From the human T2T-CHM13v2.0 reference genome, Homo sapiens: a DNA stretch of 64,000 bases. Position 1 is the stretch's first letter. Every line of letters begins with the position of its first letter. The translations under genes were made by a program, and so were the position numbers. The notes below the pieces were generated by a model. The model was not told the origin of the DNA. It saw only the letters and a list, made by a program, of their open reading frames with translations, and did no database searches. This document shows, in pieces, positions 59,301 to 64,000 of this stretch. The DNA is taken from the NCBI RefSeq assembly GCF_009914755.1, contig NC_060928.1. One strand, given 5' to 3'.

Positions 59301-59572
59301 CTTTCCCGGTGATCAGGCTGAGGACCAATGCTCTCTATGGGCAATGTCCATCTGTCAAGGCTAGTGACTACTGCTTAGTTGGTTCCTTGTGATGAGTTTG
59401 AATTTCAGGGCCAATTTGCTCAGCCGTGAGTATTACTTCCCTATGCTAGTCAATATTTTATTTTCTTATTTAAAATTAGTTCAGATTTCTTGGCTTTTTT
59501 CTTTACAAAACATAATCTTTTCTATTATTTAAAAATAATCAAATAAATGAATAGGGCGAAACATTTAAATAG

Positions 59573-59985
<413 letters not shown>

Positions 59986-60149
59986 TCCAAATGGTACAAA
60001 ATTCTGAAAGCTAAAATATGAATCTTCTTTATATTTGAGAAGTGCATTTCCCCCCTACCCGTGGCCCCCAGAGAAGAGCTAAATATTAGAAGTTTATTTT
60101 GTATTCTACCAGAAACTTTTTGTGTGTGCATTTATGCAAAAAAACAAAG

Positions 60150-60625
60150 TTGGTGGTTCCCATGTTTGATAGTTTACTAAAATGGCTCACAGAACTCGGG
60201 AAAGGACTTTACTTGTTCCTCTCAGTTTATTACAAAGGGTACAACTCAGGAATCATCAAATGGAAGAGAAGCATAGGGTAAGGCATAGGGGAAGAAGTGC
60301 AGAGCTTCCATGCCCTCTCTGGGCACACCACCCTTCTAGCTCCTCCACGTCTTCACCAATTGGGAAGCTCTCTAAACTTTAATTTTTAGACTTTTAATGG
60401 AGGTTCCATTTCTATAAGCATGATTGGTAAAATCACCGGCCATTGGTAATTAACTTAATCTTCAGCCCCTCTCTCCTCACTGGAAGTTGGGGAGTGGGAC
60501 TGAAAGTTCTAACATTTTAATCACATGGTTGGCTCCTCTGGCAACCAGACCTGATCTTGAAGCTCTCTAGGGGCTTAGCAAGAGTCCCCTCATTAGCACA
60601 GACTCAGATATGTTGGAAATGATGC
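60150..60625 (-). mobile_element. MER21-like LTR fragment
   Basis: ctcacagaactc.ggaaa, gagcttccatgccctctc and gggactgaaagttc motifs. Confidence 0.75.
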
Positions 60626-61304
60626 AAGACAGAGGCTTCTGCATCATTTTTAATCAAGGGGAGTCTCGGCTGGGAATATGGAGGAATAAGATGCTTCTCC
60701 AGGCCTGGAGTAGTCAGGAGAATCTGGAAGTTCAAGATTTCTGAGTGTATTGACACGAGTCTTTTTATCCCACATCTCCTTTCTAATCAGAGCTCTCACC
60801 TAAGAGGAGCAGACTTGCCGGGGTTGAGAATTCAGTCTTCTCGGGAACTCCGTTACCACTATGCTTAAATGCTGGGTCTGAGCCCTAGTTTTTTTCTGTC
60901 CTCTAGCTATAGAAGTAGGAGAGTCTCCTTACATGCTGCCAGGGAGGCCTTTTGTCTTTGGTACTCTGTCTTACATTTGTGATTGATCATCTTAGCCTTT
61001 CATTGTATTTCTTTAGTGCATCAATATCCCCCACCCCCAACCTGCAAAATCCACTTACTTTTATAATCCTTGAAATTACTGCGTTTTCTGAACATCTGCA
61101 ACACTTGAGATATTGCCCCTACTTGCTTTTTTTCATCCACCAATATTCCATCTCAGTTTTCCACTAGTGAAAACTGTAACAATTGCAGCTATAGTATACT
61201 GAGGGCTGTTAGCACTTCATCTGTCACTTGTGATGAAGTCCATAGTGTCAACCAGCTGGCAGGTGATATAGCTCCAAAATCCCATTTAAAAAATCTGTTC
61301 TTTA

Positions 61305-61545
61305 CAATGAGAACACATGGACACAGGGAGGTGAACAACACACACTGGGGCCTGTCTGAGGGGTGGGGTGTGGGGAGGGATAGTATTAGGAAAAAATAGC
61401 TAATGCATGCTGGCTAATGCATACCTAATACCTAGGTGATGGGTTGATAGGTGCAGCAAACCACCATGGCACACATTTACCTGTATAACAAACCTATACA
61501 TCCTGTACATGTACTCCGGAACTTAAAACAAAAATTAAAAAAAAA
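61305..61545 (+). mobile_element. Short L1PA8-10-like 3' end
   Basis: aatgagaacacatggacacaggga...aacttaaa plus A tail. TSD aaaaa.tct.ttcttta. Confidence 0.88.
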
Positions 61546-61574
61546 TTCTATTCTTTAGACTACTTCTAGCACTA

Positions 61575-62370
61575 ACTATCTCTGGGTTCCTTGGGAAATG
61601 CTCTGAGATCAAGATGTATACATAGGGAGTTTACTGAGGAGTAGTTTTTGCAACAACACTTAATAGGGAATAAGGAAAACATAATTGGTCAGATGGAGAA
61701 GTTAGTGCACTTGCAATAGAGGTTTTAGATGATTCCATGGAGTTTGGAGCTGGGATGGCCCTTCAGAATTGTGCCAAATCTAGGTGGGGTTGATCTTTGT
61801 ACTTGCCGTGGTTTGAATGCTTCCTCTAAAACTCATGTTGAATTTAACTGCCATTGTAACAGTATTAAGAGGTGGGGCCTCTAAGAAGTGAGGTTATGAG
61901 GGCTCTACTGTCATGAATGGATTAATGCTGTTATCACTGGTGTGGGTTAGTTACTGTGAGACCTGTTATAAAAGTGAGTTTGGCCCACTTTTGTCTCTCT
62001 GTCTTGCCTTCTTGCTTTTGCCTTTTGCCCTTCTACCATGGAAAGACCTTTGCTAGCTACTGGTGCCATACTCCTGGACTTCCCAGCTTCCAGAACTATG
62101 AGAAATAAATTAATTTTCTTAATAAATTACCCAGTCTGCGTTATTCTATTATAGCAACAGAAGAACTAAAACAGCACCCTCACATCACCTGATGTCCCTA
62201 AGAAAGAAGTATAACATGGGGTAAGGCTGCTCAGCTCTGCCAAGGGGTATGGAGAAGGATTCAGCTATGAGACATCAGCAGCCACTACTCACAGAAGCTG
62301 GGCAGGAGAGGAAAAATGAGTGCTTCTGTTGATCAGGAGGATCTGAGCAGTGTGCAGATCACACCCACGG
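61575..62370. mobile_element. LTR16-like old LTR split by an MST LTR
   Basis: ctgagat, gtttactgagga and tggagctgggatggcccttcaga motifs. Continues after 62174. Confidence 0.55.
61804..62173 (+). mobile_element. MSTC/MSTD-like MaLR LTR
   Basis: tgccgtggtttgaatg...taaattacccagtctg...actaaaaca. Confidence 0.8.
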
Positions 62371-62839
62371 CCTCTTTAAAGTCATTGTATTAGTTGATGC
62401 TCAAAACTTTCTTATAGGACAAGTAAGGAATTACTAAGGTAGAAGAACATAGAGATAATTTCAAGACACCATCAAAAGACAGTGTGCCAGCTAGAAGTAT
62501 ATAAAAGATAGAGTAGTAGCACAAAGGAGCTAATGATTTACTGTGCTTGCTGTGTGTAATACATCAGTTACATAAGGTGTGTCTTTAATCACAAGGCGAA
62601 GCTTGATGGAAGAATGTGAGTGAAGGTACAATCTGGGCAGAAGAATCAGTAAGTATAAATCCATGACTTTCTGGGTGTGGTTAAGTGGTCAAAAGGGTGG
62701 TTGTCTCATCCAGATATCTTAGAGAAAATTAAACCAATGCAAAAGAGGTCACAAGAAGTGGTCTATACTATTAGTAGAAACCCAAACTCTGACATCCTCC
62801 TGAATATTGTTCTATTTTTTAGGCTTTTTTCCCCACTTC

Positions 62840-63889
62840 TATTTTTTAAATTAAGCATTTTATTTTGAGATAATTGTAGATTCACGTGAAGTTGTAAGAA
62901 ATTCCTGTGTTCCATTTATTCACCTTCCCCCAGTAATAATATCCTACAAAACAATAGTACAATACCACAACTAAGATTATCATTGACAGAGTCAAGAGGC
63001 AGAATATTCCATCACCATAAGGATTCCTTGTGTTACCCTTTAGTAGCCACGGCCAGTTTCCCCTACCCTTGTCCCTTCCATAAACCCTGGGAACCACTAG
63101 TCTCTTCTCCATTTAGATAAATTTGTCATTCAAGAATGTTATATAAATGGAATAATATAGTATGAAACCTTTTGGGATTGACTTTTCTACTTAGCATAAT
63201 GCTCTGGAGATTCATCTAGGCTGTTGTGTATAACAATAATTCATTCCCTTTTATTGCTAATTATTAATTCCTTTTAATTGCTTTGTATTCCATGGTATGA
63301 ATGTACCAGTTTGTTTAACCACTGAAGGACATTTGGGTTGTTTCCAGTTTTTGGTTATTATGAACACAGCTGCTGTAAACATTTGTTTACAGATTTTTGT
63401 GTGAACATAAGTCTTTATTTCTCTGGAATAAATGCCCAGGAGTGCTACTTCCATGCCGTATGGTGGCTGTATATTTAGTATTTTAAAAAACAGTCGAACT
63501 GTTTTTCAGAGTGACTCTACCATTTTATATCACTATCAGCAATGTATGAAAATGCAGTTTCCCTGCATCCTCACTATCAATGGCGGTGTTGCTATTTTTA
63601 CTTTGGCCATTCTAATATGTGTGTAGTATTATCGCCTTGTAGTTTTAATTTTCATTTTCCTAATGGCTAATGATGTTGAACATATTTTCTTGTGCTTATT
63701 TGCTTACTCTGTATTCTCTTTGAAGAAATATCTCTTTATGTCTTATATCCATTTTATACAGTTTCTTACTGTTGAATTTTGAGAGTTTTTTTTTTTTTTA
63801 CACATTTTAGGTACTAGTTCTTTGTTGGATGTGTGGTTTGCAAATATTTTCCTCCATTCTGTAACTTCTCCTTTCGTTTCTTGTTTGTT
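62840..63889 (-). mobile_element. L1MB/L1MC 3' region
   Basis: ttttgagataattgtagattcac start. ORF2 C-terminal remnant at 63257-63454 (LLGIYSREIKTYVHTK). Confidence 0.8.
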
Positions 63890-64000
63890 TTTAAAAACAT
63901 TTTTAATTTTTAATTTTTGTGGGTACATAATAGGTATATATTTTTATGGGGTACATGAGATGTTTTGATACAGGTGTGCAATGTGAAAAAAGCATATCAT
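63890..64000 (-). mobile_element. L1MA1/2-like 3' end running off the window
   Basis: ttaatttttgtgggtacataataggtatata...ggggtacatgagatgttttgatacagg. Confidence 0.8.

Overview
Primate (human-like) AT-rich non-coding DNA made largely of layered transposon remnants: L1PA/L1PB/L1M LINEs, AluY/S/J, MaLR and ERV LTRs, hAT and mariner MITEs, MIR and L2. I see no host protein-coding exon, rRNA, tRNA or CRISPR. The long ORFs are broken L1 ORF2/ORF1/ORF0 or repeat artefacts. Repeat subfamily names come from recalled consensus motifs, not a database run. I found no convincing new multi-gene system. The best leads are structural: (1) a young L1 whose promoter is fused directly to ORF2 Met272, with ORF1 and the endonuclease deleted; (2) a tail-less internal L1 fragment with a perfect 14-bp TSD; (3) a cluster of short local duplications of unique DNA at 15.9-21.7 kb, one inverted and one carrying C/D-box-like motifs; (4) a near-perfect 75-nt palindrome at 34267-34341; (5) a possible MER50-LTR-driven spliced + strand lncRNA.
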